A DNA stretch of 64,000 bases from Clostridia bacterium (GCA_017545905.1 JAFWXL010000044.1:758-64757); one strand, 5' to 3'; shown: positions 1 through 9,920, counted from the first letter of the stretch. The notes: generated by a model from the letters alone, not told the origin. A program made the numbers and translations.

Positions 1-680
1 TCTCCGCCTACCTGGCTCAGGAGATGTCCGATTACACCTACGAGAACTACATCCCGCTGTGCCGCGTCAACACCGACGCTGCTGCCATCACCGTTAACAC
101 CGAGTGGGCTGCTGCCAACGGCATCGCCGACCTGGCTACTTTCGTCGAGTATGCGAAGGCTCATCCGGGCGAGGTCATGATGGGCGGTTCCTCCTCCGGT
201 TCTGTCTGGCATATCGCCGGCGGCTACCTGATGAACGCGACCGGCACCGACATCAAGATGATCACCTACGCCAACGGCGCTGCTGACGCCGTGAAGGCCG
301 CTGCCCAGGGCGAAATCCAGGGCGTGACCGTTTCCCTCGCCGAGGCCAAGTCCTTCATCGGCAACGGCCTGACCGTTCTGGGCGTTATGGACACTGTCCG
401 CAACTCCGCCTTCCCGGATGCCCCGACCTGTGCTGAGCAGGGCTTCGACATCGTGTATGCCACTCAGCGCGGCCTGGCTCTGCCGCTGGGCGTTGACGCC
501 GAGATCGTTGCCAAGCTCGAGGCTGCCTGTGCTGCCGCGATCGAAGATCCGGACTTCGTCACCTTCATGAACAACAATGGCCAGGCCATCTCCTGGCAGA
601 CCGCCGAAGAGTACACCGCGTACCTCGCGCAGTCTGCGATCGATGTGCCGGAAGCCATGAAGGCCGTCGACCTGCTGTAA
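1..680 (+). CDS. tctC: Tripartite tricarboxylate transporter substrate-binding protein (TctC/Bug family), 5'-truncated by the window edge
   Basis: The frame is open from position 3 with no upstream stop. The sequence is Bug/TctC-like (GGSSSGSVWHIAGG, QRGLALP) and is followed by tctB and tctA. Confidence 0.8.
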   Translation, partial: SAYLAQEMSDYTYENYIPLCRVNTDAAAITVNTEWAAANGIADLATFVEYAKAHPGEVMMGGSSSGSVWHIAGGYLMNATGTDIKMITYANGAADAVKAAAQGEIQGVTVSLAEAKSFIGNGLTVLGVMDTVRNSAFPDAPTCAEQGFDIVYATQRGLALPLGVDAEIVAKLEAACAAAIEDPDFVTFMNNNGQAISWQTAEEYTAYLAQSAIDVPEAMKAVDLL

Positions 681-710
681 TTCAGCCGGTAAATACGTAA
701 GCTTTGAATT

Positions 711-742
711 GGCGGGCAGGCAAGCGCCTGCCCGCCTTTCTT
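711..742 (+). terminator. Intercistronic GC-rich hairpin plus T-tract between tctC and tctB (partial terminator/attenuator)
   Basis: GGCGGGCAGG-caagcg-CCTGCCCGCC followed by TTTCTT. Confidence 0.5.
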
Positions 743-779
743 CCGCCTGCAAATCCATTCAAACGATTTACACAAGGAT

Positions 780-1316
780 GTGATTCAGTTGAAAAAGACC
801 CAAACCAAGGCTTTTGCGAATCTGGTCGCGTCGGTGATTATGCTGGTCTTTGAAATCTGGGCCTATATTCAGACGCTTAGCTTCAAGATCGTCAAGAAGG
901 CCGCCGTTCAGCCTGCCACCTTCCCGCAGATCATGTGTATCGGCATGATCATCTTCACCGTTATCCTGCTCATCCAGTCTGTGTTCAAGCTCATGAGGGC
1001 GAACCCGGACGATCCGATGATGGAGGCTGCCGCCTCGATCAACATCCTCAAGAACAAGGGCGTTCAGGCCGGCGCGTTTGTCATCGTGCTCTGCCTCGCC
1101 TATGCCGCCCTCTTTGAGGTGCTGGGCTACGTGCTCGTCTCCGCCATCATCGCCGCGATCATCATGTGGCTGATCGGCAAGCGCGACGTCAAGCAGATCC
1201 TGCTCGTTTCCATTCTCGTTCCCCTGCTCATGTGGTTTGTCTTCTACAAGCTGCTGACCGTGAATATCCCGATGGGCGTGCTGCAGCCGCTGCGCACCCT
1301 CGTCGATATGATTTAA
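780..1316 (+). CDS. tctB: Tripartite tricarboxylate transporter small membrane subunit (TctB family)
   Basis: 178-aa hydrophobic four-helix-type protein between tctC and tctA. The start is ambiguous: GTG at 780, or TTG at 789 with better AAGGA spacing. Confidence 0.7.
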   Translation: MIQLKKTQTKAFANLVASVIMLVFEIWAYIQTLSFKIVKKAAVQPATFPQIMCIGMIIFTVILLIQSVFKLMRANPDDPMMEAAASINILKNKGVQAGAFVIVLCLAYAALFEVLGYVLVSAIIAAIIMWLIGKRDVKQILLVSILVPLLMWFVFYKLLTVNIPMGVLQPLRTLVDMI

Positions 1317-1332
1317 GAAAGGAGGCGCTTGT

Positions 1333-2865
1333 ATGAATTGGGGTTTGCTTTTTGAAAGCTATGGTTCCGTATTCCTGAATCCGCAGGTGCTTCTGATGAC
1401 GCTGCTCGGCGCGACCGGCGGCGTTCTCCTCGGCGCTATCCCGGGTATGACCGCGACTATGGGCGTCGCGCTGCTCATTCCCTTCTCCTTCGGTATGGAT
1501 CTGATCCCGTCTATCGGCCTGCTGCTGGGCATCTACTGCGGCGGCATGTACGGCGGCTCCATCTCCGCGATTCTCATCCACGCCCCGGGCACCCCGGCTG
1601 CCGCCGCCACGCTGCTGGACGGCTATCCGATGTGCCAGCAGGGCAAGGCCGGCAAGGCGCTGTCCATCGCGATGTTCTCCTCCTTCTGCGGCGGTATCAT
1701 CGGCGCACTGGTCATGACCTTCCTCTCCCCGCTCATCGCTGACGTGGCCATGGAGTTCACCTCCGCTGAGATGCTGATGCTGGCCGTCTTCGGTCTGTCC
1801 GTTATCGTCGCCATCTCCGGCCAGTCCATCGCCAAGGGCCTCATCTCCGCCTTCTTCGGCATGCTGCTGTGCACCATCGGCATGGACCCGACCTACTCCG
1901 CCAAGCGCTTCACCTACGGCGTCAAGCCGCTGTACTCCGGCCTTGCGTTCATCCCGGTTCTGATCGGTCTGTTCGCTGTTGCCGAGATCATCTCCGGCGT
2001 CGAGCGCACCATCAACGGCGAAGAGAAGCAGGAGAAGTCTGACGAGAAGATCAAGGAAGTTCTGCCGGATCTCAAGACCATCATGTCCATCTGGCCGCAG
2101 ATCATCTCCGGCGGTCTGATCGGCACCTTCATTGGCGCCATCCCGGGCGCCGGCGGCGACATCGCCGTGTTCGTCTCCTATGGCTTTAACAAGAGCTTCA
2201 GCAAGTACCCGGAGAAGTGGGGCACCGGCATTCCGCAGGGCGTTGCTTCCACCGAGTCTGCCAACAACGGCTGCTCCGGCGGCGCGATGATCCCGCTGCT
2301 GTCCCTGGGCGTTCCGGGCGACGCGGTTACCGCCATCATTCTGGGTGCTTTCATCATGAAGGGCATCCAGCCCGGCCCGACGATGTACCGCGATCAGCTG
2401 GACACCGTCTACTGCGTCTTCGCCGCCCTGATGCTGGCGAACCTCGCCATGCTTGTTGTCGGCTGCGCCGGCGTCCGCTTCTTCGCCAAGATCGTTTCTG
2501 TCGAGAAGAAGATCCTCTACCCGATCATCCTCGTCATCTCCCTGCTCGGCGCGTTCTCCATCAACAAGAACGTGTTCGACGTAGGCGTGTGCGTGATCTT
2601 CGGTATCGTCGGCTGGCTGATGAACAAGTTTGAGTTCCCGCTCAGCCCGATTCTGCTGGCCCTGATCCTTGGACCGATGTGCGAACAGAACTTCGTCCGC
2701 TTCATGGATCTCAACGGCGGCAACTTCATGGCCATCACCGGTCATCCGATCGCCATCGGCTTCTTCGTGGTTGCTGTGGGCACCGTTCTGTTCTCCATCT
2801 ACAACCAGCAGAAGATCAATAAGCGCGAGGCTGCTGCCAAGAAGGCTGCCAAGAACATCGACTAA
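1333..2865 (+). CDS. tctA: Tripartite tricarboxylate transporter large permease (TctA family)
   Basis: 510-aa polytopic membrane protein with TctA-like motifs (GAIPGMTATMGVALL, IPGAGGDIA). A GGAGG RBS lies upstream. Confidence 0.9.
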   Translation: MNWGLLFESYGSVFLNPQVLLMTLLGATGGVLLGAIPGMTATMGVALLIPFSFGMDLIPSIGLLLGIYCGGMYGGSISAILIHAPGTPAAAATLLDGYPMCQQGKAGKALSIAMFSSFCGGIIGALVMTFLSPLIADVAMEFTSAEMLMLAVFGLSVIVAISGQSIAKGLISAFFGMLLCTIGMDPTYSAKRFTYGVKPLYSGLAFIPVLIGLFAVAEIISGVERTINGEEKQEKSDEKIKEVLPDLKTIMSIWPQIISGGLIGTFIGAIPGAGGDIAVFVSYGFNKSFSKYPEKWGTGIPQGVASTESANNGCSGGAMIPLLSLGVPGDAVTAIILGAFIMKGIQPGPTMYRDQLDTVYCVFAALMLANLAMLVVGCAGVRFFAKIVSVEKKILYPIILVISLLGAFSINKNVFDVGVCVIFGIVGWLMNKFEFPLSPILLALILGPMCEQNFVRFMDLNGGNFMAITGHPIAIGFFVVAVGTVLFSIYNQQKINKREAAAKKAAKNID

Positions 2866-2883
2866 TCTTTCTGTCAAGCAAAA

Positions 2884-2914
2884 GAAGGCGCTCACTGCTG
2901 AGCGTCTTCTTTTA
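2884..2914 (+). terminator. Rho-independent terminator after tctA
   Basis: 11-bp stem GAAGGCGCTCA/TGAGCGTCTTC (one G-U pair), loop CTGC, then TTTTA. Confidence 0.6.
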
Positions 2915-3005
2915 TGTCACCATGTCATATACTGACTGTCATGCCGTCATCATCTTCTGTCAGCAGAAAGTATCCTCCCTGTATCACGCCACTGGGCGGC
3001 AATAG

Positions 3006-3031
3006 AAAAGGACCGGATATCCGGTCCTTTT
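3006..3031 (-). terminator. Rho-independent terminator after the binding-protein gene (palindromic, could act on both strands)
   Basis: AAAAGGACCGG-atat-CCGGTCCTTTT, immediately downstream of the stop at 3045. Confidence 0.6.
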
Positions 3032-3044
3032 GCTTTGTGAAGGA

Positions 3045-3812
3045 TTACTTCGCGAGCAGGATCTCGTCGACCCACTGCTGATACAGCCCCTCTTCGTTGA
3101 TCTGATCGATCAGTTCCTGGATCTTGTCGGTGAGCGCCTGCTCACCCTTGACGCTGGCGATGTAGTTGCCGCCCTCGAAATCGAAAGCAAACTCAGCGAT
3201 CTCCAGATCGTCATTCTCGGCCAGCACGCTGTCATACACAGTCTTCGGGATCGCCAGCGCGTCAACGCGGCCGTTCTTGACCATGTTCACGCCGTCCGGG
3301 ATCTTGGTGATCAGCTCGAGGGTCGCGCCGGTGAGCTGCTCCTCGACCATGATCTGCTGGTTGGTGCCGTTCTGCGCAGCAACGGTCTTGCCGTTGAAAG
3401 CCTCGGCAGAATTGTAGGTCGCGCCCTCGCCCTTGCGGACCAGCAGGCCCTGATCACCCTCATTCCAGTAGATACCGGTGAGATCCATCGCGTTGGTGCG
3501 CTCCTCATCGTAGGTCAGGCCGGCGACAACCATGTCGACGTCGCCCATGGCGACAGCGGCAAGGCAGGCGTCAAACGCCATCTCCTGCAGCTCGAGCTCG
3601 ACGCCCAGCTGCTCAGCCATCCACTTGACCATCAGCACGTCGGTGCCGGTGACATTGCCCTCGTCATCGATGTACTCATACGGCGGCCAGTCCGGGCTGG
3701 TCGCAACGACGAGCTTGCCGTTAGCCTGGATATCAGCCAGACGATCAGCCAGCGCCAGAGAGCAGGTCATGATCATCACGATCGCGAGCATAAGCGCAAA
3801 AAGCTTCTTCAT
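3045..3812 (-). CDS. Amino-acid ABC transporter substrate-binding lipoprotein (family 3 SBP)
   Basis: Lipoprotein signal MKKLFALMLAIVMIMTCSLA followed by a polar amino-acid SBP-like sequence (VVATSPDWPPYEY, VVAGLTYDEER). Confidence 0.85.
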   Translation of the reverse strand: MKKLFALMLAIVMIMTCSLALADRLADIQANGKLVVATSPDWPPYEYIDDEGNVTGTDVLMVKWMAEQLGVELELQEMAFDACLAAVAMGDVDMVVAGLTYDEERTNAMDLTGIYWNEGDQGLLVRKGEGATYNSAEAFNGKTVAAQNGTNQQIMVEEQLTGATLELITKIPDGVNMVKNGRVDALAIPKTVYDSVLAENDDLEIAEFAFDFEGGNYIASVKGEQALTDKIQELIDQINEEGLYQQWVDEILLAK

Positions 3813-3875
3813 AAGGAAATACCCCCTATTCAGTTATTCATCGCCGGGACTGAATCCCAAACGAATGATAGCGCT

Positions 3876-3904
3876 ATTGTACAACGGCGATATGCATATG
3901 TCAA
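3876..3904 (-). promoter_or_regulatory. Sigma-A-like promoter for the binding-protein gene
   Basis: On the minus strand, TTGACA-17 nt-TACAAT, about 55 nt upstream of the start. Confidence 0.45.
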
Positions 3905-3988
3905 GTGAATATACTGCATAAAATCCGATTATACCTGTTTCAAGCAGTGGAAATTTGCCCTTTTTGCAAAAAAATTGACTGATGACTG

Positions 3989-4017
3989 TTGTTTCTTCGC
4001 GTCGCTTGTGATAAAAT
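3989..4017 (+). promoter_or_regulatory. Sigma-A-like promoter for the aminotransferase operon
   Basis: TTGTTT-17 nt-TAAAAT with a TG at -15/-14 (TGaTAAAAT). Confidence 0.4.
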
Positions 4018-4075
4018 ATGTGCGCTGTACGCCTATGCGTATTTGTGTATGAATATCCGAAAGGTGTGAATATTT

Positions 4076-5257
4076 ATGCCGGAGCTGAGCCGCCGCGTTC
4101 AGACATTCACGGATTCTGTGATCCGCCGCATGACCCGCATCAGCGACGAAGTCGGCGCGATTAACCTCTCTCAGGGCTTCCCGGATTTCCCGCCGCCCAA
4201 GGCGATTACTGATCGTCTGCGCGAGGTGGCCGACGCGGGCCCGCATCAGTACCCCATTACTTTCGGCGCGGAGAACTTCCGTCAGGCGCTGGCCCGCAAG
4301 CAGGGAAAGGCATATGGCCGTGAGATTGACCCGGAAACCGAAATCCTGATTACCTGCGGCGGTACCGAAGCGATGATGAGCGCGATGATGACCGTCTGTA
4401 ATCCCGGCGACAAGGTCGTTGTGTTCTCGCCGTTCTACGAGAACTATGGCGCCGATGCGATTCTCTCTGGCGCAGACCCGATCTTTGTGCCGCTGGTACC
4501 GCCGACGTTTGATTTCGACCGCAGCGTGCTCGAGGAAGCCTTCAGGCAGCATCCCAAGGCGATCATCGTCTGCAATCCGTCCAACCCGTGCGGCAAGGTC
4601 TTCACCAGAGAAGAGCTGCTCTATATCGGCGGTCTGTGCAATCAGTACGATGCATACATGATTACCGACGAGGTATATGAACACATCGTCTTTGCGCCTC
4701 ACAAGCATGTATATGCAGGCTCTCTGCCGGAGATTGCCGATCGCGTCATCTGCTGCTCGTCCCTCTCCAAAACGTATTCCATCACCGGCTGGCGGCTTGG
4801 TTACCTGATCGGCCCGGCGTACGTGATTGAAAACGCCAAGAAGGTGCACGACTTCCTGACCGTCGGCGCCGCTTCTCCCCTGCAGGAAGCCGCCGTTGTC
4901 GGGCTTGAATTCCCGCAGAGCTACTATGATGAAGTGACCGAGCTGTATACAAAGAAGCGTCAGATCTTTCTGGATGGACTGGACAGGATCGGACTCAAGC
5001 ACACCGTGCCGCAGGGCAGCTATTTCGTGATGGTCGACATCAGCGACTTCCAGAAGGAAGGCATGATGTTCTGCGGCAAGAGCGATATGGAATTCTGCGA
5101 ATGGATGATCCGCAATGTCGGCGTCGCTGCCGTGCCGGGTTCCAGCTTCTTCCGCGAGCCGGTGAATCATCTGATCCGTCTGCACTTCGCCCGCAGCGAA
5201 GAGACCCTCTACGAAGCGCTTGACCGTCTTGCCAGAATTCCGGAGCTGCTTAAATAA
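4076..5257 (+). CDS. PLP-dependent aminotransferase, class I/II
   Basis: Contains the PLP-lysine motif SLSKTYSITGWRLGY, NPSNPCGKV and INLSQGFPDF. An AAAGGTG RBS lies upstream. Confidence 0.9.
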   Translation: MPELSRRVQTFTDSVIRRMTRISDEVGAINLSQGFPDFPPPKAITDRLREVADAGPHQYPITFGAENFRQALARKQGKAYGREIDPETEILITCGGTEAMMSAMMTVCNPGDKVVVFSPFYENYGADAILSGADPIFVPLVPPTFDFDRSVLEEAFRQHPKAIIVCNPSNPCGKVFTREELLYIGGLCNQYDAYMITDEVYEHIVFAPHKHVYAGSLPEIADRVICCSSLSKTYSITGWRLGYLIGPAYVIENAKKVHDFLTVGAASPLQEAAVVGLEFPQSYYDEVTELYTKKRQIFLDGLDRIGLKHTVPQGSYFVMVDISDFQKEGMMFCGKSDMEFCEWMIRNVGVAAVPGSSFFREPVNHLIRLHFARSEETLYEALDRLARIPELLK

Positions 5258-6345
5258 TGTACACCACTGATATCATCACCCTGCCGAAATTCTGTTTCGG
5301 CCGCGGCATATATCGCCGCTTTCCCGCGCTCTGCCGCGGTATGGGCAATCGTTTCGTCGTTGTTGGCGGTGTAACGGCCATGGAAAAGGGACTTCCTTCC
5401 CTCACTCAGGCCATTGCAGGCTCCGGCATGACGATGCTCGATCATATCCCGTTCGGCGGCGCCTGTACGCAGCAGGCCATGGATCGCCTGATCGCCCGGA
5501 TTGCACCGATGAAGCCGGACTTTATCGTGGGTATGGGCGGCGGAAAAGCGATTGACACCGCCAAGGGCGTGGCATTTGGCATGGATTTGCCGCTGGTAAG
5601 CCTGCCGACGCTGGTATCCAACTGTGCGCCGATTACAGCGCTGTCCGTGGTGTATCGCGAAGACGGACCGTTTGACAGGTTCGCTTTCTTCGACGGCCCG
5701 CCTGCGCTGACGCTGGTAGACCTTGAGATCGCAGCCCATGCGCCGGACAAGTACTTCCGGGCAGGCATGGGCGATACGCTGGCCAAGCATCTGGAGAGCA
5801 CATTCTCCGCACGCAATGACAATCTGGGCAATGAACTGGATCATATGTCTGCCATCGGCCTTGCACTGTCCTCCACCTGCTATGATCCTGTTCTGCAATA
5901 CGGCAGACAGGCGCTTGACGAGGTGCTTCGCCACGAAGCTGGTCCCGCGATGGAAATCTGTGCGCGCAGCATCATCGTATCCGCCGGTCTGGTTTCCCTG
6001 ATGGCGCATGACGACTACAACTGCGCGCTTGCCCATGCCGTCTGCTATGGTCTGCAGCTCTTTGCGCATGTGGAAGAAAACTGCCTGCACGGCGATCTGG
6101 TCGCCTACGGCGCGCTGGTTCAGCTGATGCTTGACGGGCAAAAAGAAAAGGCCAAAGAATTGCAGACCTTCCTCAAATCACTCGGCACGCCGGTGACACT
6201 TGCCGAAATGAACGTACCGCTTGAGCGCAATGCGCTTGAAAGTACCCTGACCGAGGCCACAACCGGCCCCGACATGGCGCATATCCCCTATCCCATCACG
6301 CCTGACATGGTATTCGACGCCATGACACGCGTGGAAACCCTATGA
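5257..6345 (+). CDS. Glycerol dehydrogenase-like iron/zinc-containing alcohol dehydrogenase family protein
   Basis: Contains GMGGGKAIDTAKG, GMGDTLAKH, LAHAV and CLHGDLVAYG, which are GldA-type metal and NAD motifs. Its start overlaps the upstream stop (TAATG). Confidence 0.85.
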   Translation: MYTTDIITLPKFCFGRGIYRRFPALCRGMGNRFVVVGGVTAMEKGLPSLTQAIAGSGMTMLDHIPFGGACTQQAMDRLIARIAPMKPDFIVGMGGGKAIDTAKGVAFGMDLPLVSLPTLVSNCAPITALSVVYREDGPFDRFAFFDGPPALTLVDLEIAAHAPDKYFRAGMGDTLAKHLESTFSARNDNLGNELDHMSAIGLALSSTCYDPVLQYGRQALDEVLRHEAGPAMEICARSIIVSAGLVSLMAHDDYNCALAHAVCYGLQLFAHVEENCLHGDLVAYGALVQLMLDGQKEKAKELQTFLKSLGTPVTLAEMNVPLERNALESTLTEATTGPDMAHIPYPITPDMVFDAMTRVETL

Positions 6346-6372
6346 CCCCGAATCCATAAAGGAGGAACTCCC

Positions 6373-7038
6373 TTGCTCGCCAATATCGAAAGGCTTCTTG
6401 TCAAATATGGCATGAACTTCGTGAACGGCCTGGGCACGACGCTGCTGCTGGCGTTTATTTCTGTGCTCATCGGCTGCTTCATCGGTGCGTTTGTCGCCAT
6501 CATGCGCCTGTCCAAGTCCAAAGTTCTCAACGGCATCGCCGCCGTCTATACCGAAGTCATTCGCGATACCCCGCTGCTGCTGCAGCTGTATTTCTTCTAT
6601 TTCCTGCTGCCGGACATGCTGCCCGCGCTCAAGCTGTCCAAGTTCACCTGTATCGCCGTGGCGCTGATCATCAATTCCGGCGCATACATGTCCGAGATCT
6701 TCCGCTCCGGCATTCAGTCCATCGACCGCGGCCAGACGGAAGCCGCCCGTTCTCTGGGTCTTTCCGCCGGTCAGACGATGACGCGCATCATTCTGCCGCA
6801 GGCATTCAAAAACGTGCTGCCGGCGATGTGCAATGAGTTCGTTGCCATCACCAAGGAAACCTCTCTGGCTTCCACGTTCTATGTCGGCGACCTGATGACC
6901 CAGTATCAGACGATTTCCGGCAAGACCTATCTGGTTCTTGAGCCGCTGATCATCATCGGCGTCATCTATTTCGTACTGACATTCACGATGAGCAAGCTGG
7001 TTGCTCTGCTGGAAAAGAAGCTCAAGGAGGGCGACTGA
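6373..7038 (+). CDS. Amino-acid ABC transporter permease (His/Glu/Gln/Arg/opine family)
   Basis: TTG start 6 nt after GGAGGA. An EAA-loop region is present ([24 protein letters not shown]). Confidence 0.9.
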   Translation: MLANIERLLVKYGMNFVNGLGTTLLLAFISVLIGCFIGAFVAIMRLSKSKVLNGIAAVYTEVIRDTPLLLQLYFFYFLLPDMLPALKLSKFTCIAVALIINSGAYMSEIFRSGIQSIDRGQTEAARSLGLSAGQTMTRIILPQAFKNVLPAMCNEFVAITKETSLASTFYVGDLMTQYQTISGKTYLVLEPLIIIGVIYFVLTFTMSKLVALLEKKLKEGD

Positions 7039-7040
7039 TC

Positions 7041-7799
7041 ATGAGAGATAGTTTTGATTACAGGAATGCGCCCGAGCTCATCCGCGTTGAAAAGCTGCAC
7101 AAAGATTTCGGCAGCCTGAAGGTGCTCTCCGGCATCTCCGAAACCATATACAAGGGCGAGGTAGTCTCGCTCATCGGTGCTTCCGGCTCCGGCAAGTCCA
7201 CCTTCCTGCGCTGCCTGAACCGTCTGGAAGAGCCGACCAGCGGCCATATCTGGTTCGATGGCGTGGATATTGCCGACAGGAAGCTCAATATCGACAAGCA
7301 TCGCCAGAAGATGGGCATGGTGTTCCAGCATTTCAACATTTTCCCGCATATGTCCGTTATCGACAATATCACCCTCGCGCCTGTGCTGCTGGGCAAGCAG
7401 AGCAAGGACGAGGCCATCGCCAAGGCAGAGGCACTGCTTGAGCGCGTTGGCCTGAGCGACAAGCGCGACAACAAGCCTTCCCGCCTCTCCGGCGGCCAGA
7501 AACAGCGACTTGCCATTGTGCGCGCGCTGGCGATGGAACCGGAAGTCATGCTTTTTGACGAGCCAACCTCTGCGCTCGACCCGGAAATGGTCGGCGAGGT
7601 CCTTGAGGTCATCAAAGGACTGGCAGAAAACAACATGACCTGTGTGATCGTCACCCATGAAATGGGCTTTGCACGCGAGGTTTGTGATCGCGTGCTGTTC
7701 ATGGACGAGGGCGTAATCTGCGAGCAGGGCCATCCGCGCGACCTGTTCGACAATCCGCAGAATCCTCGTACCCGCGACTTCTTGAGCAAGGTACTCTGA
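7041..7799 (+). CDS. Amino-acid ABC transporter ATP-binding protein (GlnQ-like)
   Basis: Walker [10 protein letters not shown], signature LSGGQKQR, Walker [12 protein letters not shown]. Confidence 0.95.
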   Translation: MRDSFDYRNAPELIRVEKLHKDFGSLKVLSGISETIYKGEVVSLIGASGSGKSTFLRCLNRLEEPTSGHIWFDGVDIADRKLNIDKHRQKMGMVFQHFNIFPHMSVIDNITLAPVLLGKQSKDEAIAKAEALLERVGLSDKRDNKPSRLSGGQKQRLAIVRALAMEPEVMLFDEPTSALDPEMVGEVLEVIKGLAENNMTCVIVTHEMGFAREVCDRVLFMDEGVICEQGHPRDLFDNPQNPRTRDFLSKVL

Positions 7800-7836
7800 T
7801 CGGTCATTACACGTTTCCATATTCGAGGCAATCTTC

Positions 7837-8760
7837 ATGGAACTGATCCACATCGTCACTGCCGATGAGGCCGGACTCACGCTGCACCAGCTGCTGCGCG
7901 GGCCAATGGCGCTTTCCGGCAGGCAAACACGAAATGCAAAAGCGCAGGGCGCCGTCACAGTTGACGCGGCGCCCTTTTTTTCCAATCAGAAGGTCGTGCA
8001 GGGCATGGTCGTGCGCGTAGCGCTGGATGGGTATGACGCGCCGGATTCCCAGACGCCGCACGCATCTGCTTCCGGTCTTGAAATCGTATGCGAAGACGAC
8101 GCGCTGCTGGCCGTATTCAAACCAGCGCTGCTGCAGTGCCATCCTTCTCCATCTGCCCCCCGTGGCAGCGATACGCTGGAAAACCGCGTTCATGCCTATC
8201 TGGGACAACCCGCACATCCGGTGCACAGGCTTGACAGCGAAACAACCGGTATTGTGCTCTTTGCCAAGCTGCCTTACGCACAGGCACACCTGCAGCAGCA
8301 GATGCAAAGCGGCCTGTTTGCCAAGGAATATGAGGCATGGGTTTGGGGCTGCCCCGAACCCTGCGAAGGAGAAATCGATGCGCCTATTGCGCGGGAACAT
8401 CCTGACAGCTTCACACGGATCGTCTCGCCTGACGGGCAGCATGCTGTGAGCCGCTACAAGGTGCTCGAGCGCCGCGCTCTGCCCGATGGAGAAATGGTAT
8501 CTCACATCCGTCTCTCACCCGTCACAGGACGCACACACCAGCTGCGCGTACATATGGCACACATCGGCTGCCCGCTGCTGGGTGACGCCCGATACCATAC
8601 AGCAGCTTCACGCAGCGCATCGGAAAAGCTCGGTCTGTCGTATCACCAGCTCTGCGCCGTTTCTCTGTCGTTCACGCATCCGGTTACGGGCAATCGGCTT
8701 GCGCTTTCTCATCCCGCCGTTTTTTCCTTTGACCCTGCCTGTGCAGGTTTCTTCCTCTGA
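7837..8760 (+). CDS. RluA-family pseudouridine synthase
   Basis: Catalytic HRLDSETTGIVLFAK motif and GRTHQLRVH motif. Confidence 0.85.
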   Translation: MELIHIVTADEAGLTLHQLLRGPMALSGRQTRNAKAQGAVTVDAAPFFSNQKVVQGMVVRVALDGYDAPDSQTPHASASGLEIVCEDDALLAVFKPALLQCHPSPSAPRGSDTLENRVHAYLGQPAHPVHRLDSETTGIVLFAKLPYAQAHLQQQMQSGLFAKEYEAWVWGCPEPCEGEIDAPIAREHPDSFTRIVSPDGQHAVSRYKVLERRALPDGEMVSHIRLSPVTGRTHQLRVHMAHIGCPLLGDARYHTAASRSASEKLGLSYHQLCAVSLSFTHPVTGNRLALSHPAVFSFDPACAGFFL

Positions 8761-8965
8761 CAATATATACCATAACCGCGGACGCATGCGCTGACATGCG
8801 TCTTTTTTCTTTGTATTTCAGCCTTTTTCTTGCTTCGCTCTCCTTCTTCCAGATGATGGAAATGATTATATCGCAATAATTGAATGCACTGATTCGTCAT
8901 ATGTGCAGAAGACGCTCAAGAGCGGCCGCTTGGACGCCTTCGCAAGATACAAGGAGGACATCCTG

Positions 8966-9865
8966 ATGAAGAACAACAACAAGAAGGCGGCGATTGCCGC
9001 AATGATGTGCATGGCGATGGCGGTCCCGTTTGGAGCAAACGCAGAAAACGAGATCCGCGTGATTACCGCCGGAACGCTGAATCTGCGTGCCGAAGCATCT
9101 ACCGATTCCGATGTGCTGGGCAAGTACGGCTGGGGCACCGAGGTAGAGGTGCTGGGCTTTGACGGCAACTGGGCCTTTGTTCAGGTCGGCGGTCAGAAGG
9201 GATACATGTACACCCGCTATCTCGGCGCTCAAGACGCCGTAAGCTACACCCGCTATGTGAACACCAACACCCGCGGTCTGAACCTTCGCAGCACACCGAA
9301 TGGCGATATTCTGGGTTCGTATCCGCGCGGCACTGCCGTCACCGTGCTCTCCACTGAGAATGGCTGGAGCAAGGTTGAAATTGACGGGAAAACCGGCTAT
9401 ATGGCCAGCCTGTGGCTGTCCGCTTCCAAGCCGGGCAGCATTACCGGCAGCACTGCTATCGGTACTGCCGTTGTGAACAATCCGCTGGACACGCAAGTTC
9501 TGTTCCTGCGCAGCGAACCGAGCACGTCCAGCCAGTCTCTGGGTTACTACCGCAACGGCAAAAGCGTGACCCTGCTGAAAAAGCTGGACGGCTGGTACAA
9601 GGTGACTGTGGACGGTCAGACCGGCTACATGATGGCCAAATACCTGAAGGTGACCGATTATACCGGCTCCGGCACTGCGACCGTGTACAATCCCAACGGC
9701 AACGGCTATGTCAATTTCCGCAAGGCTGCCAGCCTGAACAGCGCTATCCTGACCACCGTGCCTGTCGGCACGAAGATTCAGGTGCTGGAAAAGGGTACTG
9801 ACTGGACCAAGACGCAGATCGACGGTCAGACAGGCTATATCTCCACCTGGTTCCTCAAGTTCTGA
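8966..9865 (+). CDS. Secreted protein with four tandem bacterial SH3 (SH3b) repeats
   Basis: AGGAGG RBS before the ATG at 8966 and a signal peptide MKNNNKKAAIAAMMCMAMAVPFGANA. There are four repeats ending in G(Q/K)(K/T)GY(M/I)...(Y/W)L. Confidence 0.8.
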   Translation: MKNNNKKAAIAAMMCMAMAVPFGANAENEIRVITAGTLNLRAEASTDSDVLGKYGWGTEVEVLGFDGNWAFVQVGGQKGYMYTRYLGAQDAVSYTRYVNTNTRGLNLRSTPNGDILGSYPRGTAVTVLSTENGWSKVEIDGKTGYMASLWLSASKPGSITGSTAIGTAVVNNPLDTQVLFLRSEPSTSSQSLGYYRNGKSVTLLKKLDGWYKVTVDGQTGYMMAKYLKVTDYTGSGTATVYNPNGNGYVNFRKAASLNSAILTTVPVGTKIQVLEKGTDWTKTQIDGQTGYISTWFLKF

Positions 9866-9920
9866 TTTACTTCCATCCCCCTTCCTTTCTCTTAATCATT
9901 TCCAATGAATTCCCATCTCA

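Noticed and set aside
1228-2895. A 555-aa ORF antisense to tctA, plus similar long antisense ORFs at 3030-3908, 3929-5185, 5209-6141, 6966-7985, 10357-11391, 14049-15071, 21625-23496, 23770-24999, 25012-25971, 38380-39621, 40575-42290, 42224-43984, 50977-52575, 53141-54619 and 60014-61174.
   Set aside because: Each lies exactly opposite a CDS with strong family motifs. Their translations are Arg/Ala/Gly/His-rich low-complexity strings with no recognisable domains, RBS or sensible starts. This is the expected stop-codon-poor shadow frame of GC-rich coding DNA.
3813-4075. A T-box or riboswitch leader in the 260-nt divergent region of the amino-acid transporter cluster.
   Set aside because: Two ordinary sigma-A-type promoters account for the space. 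There is no T-box consensus (..GGTGGTACCGCG..) or terminator/antiterminator pair on either strand.
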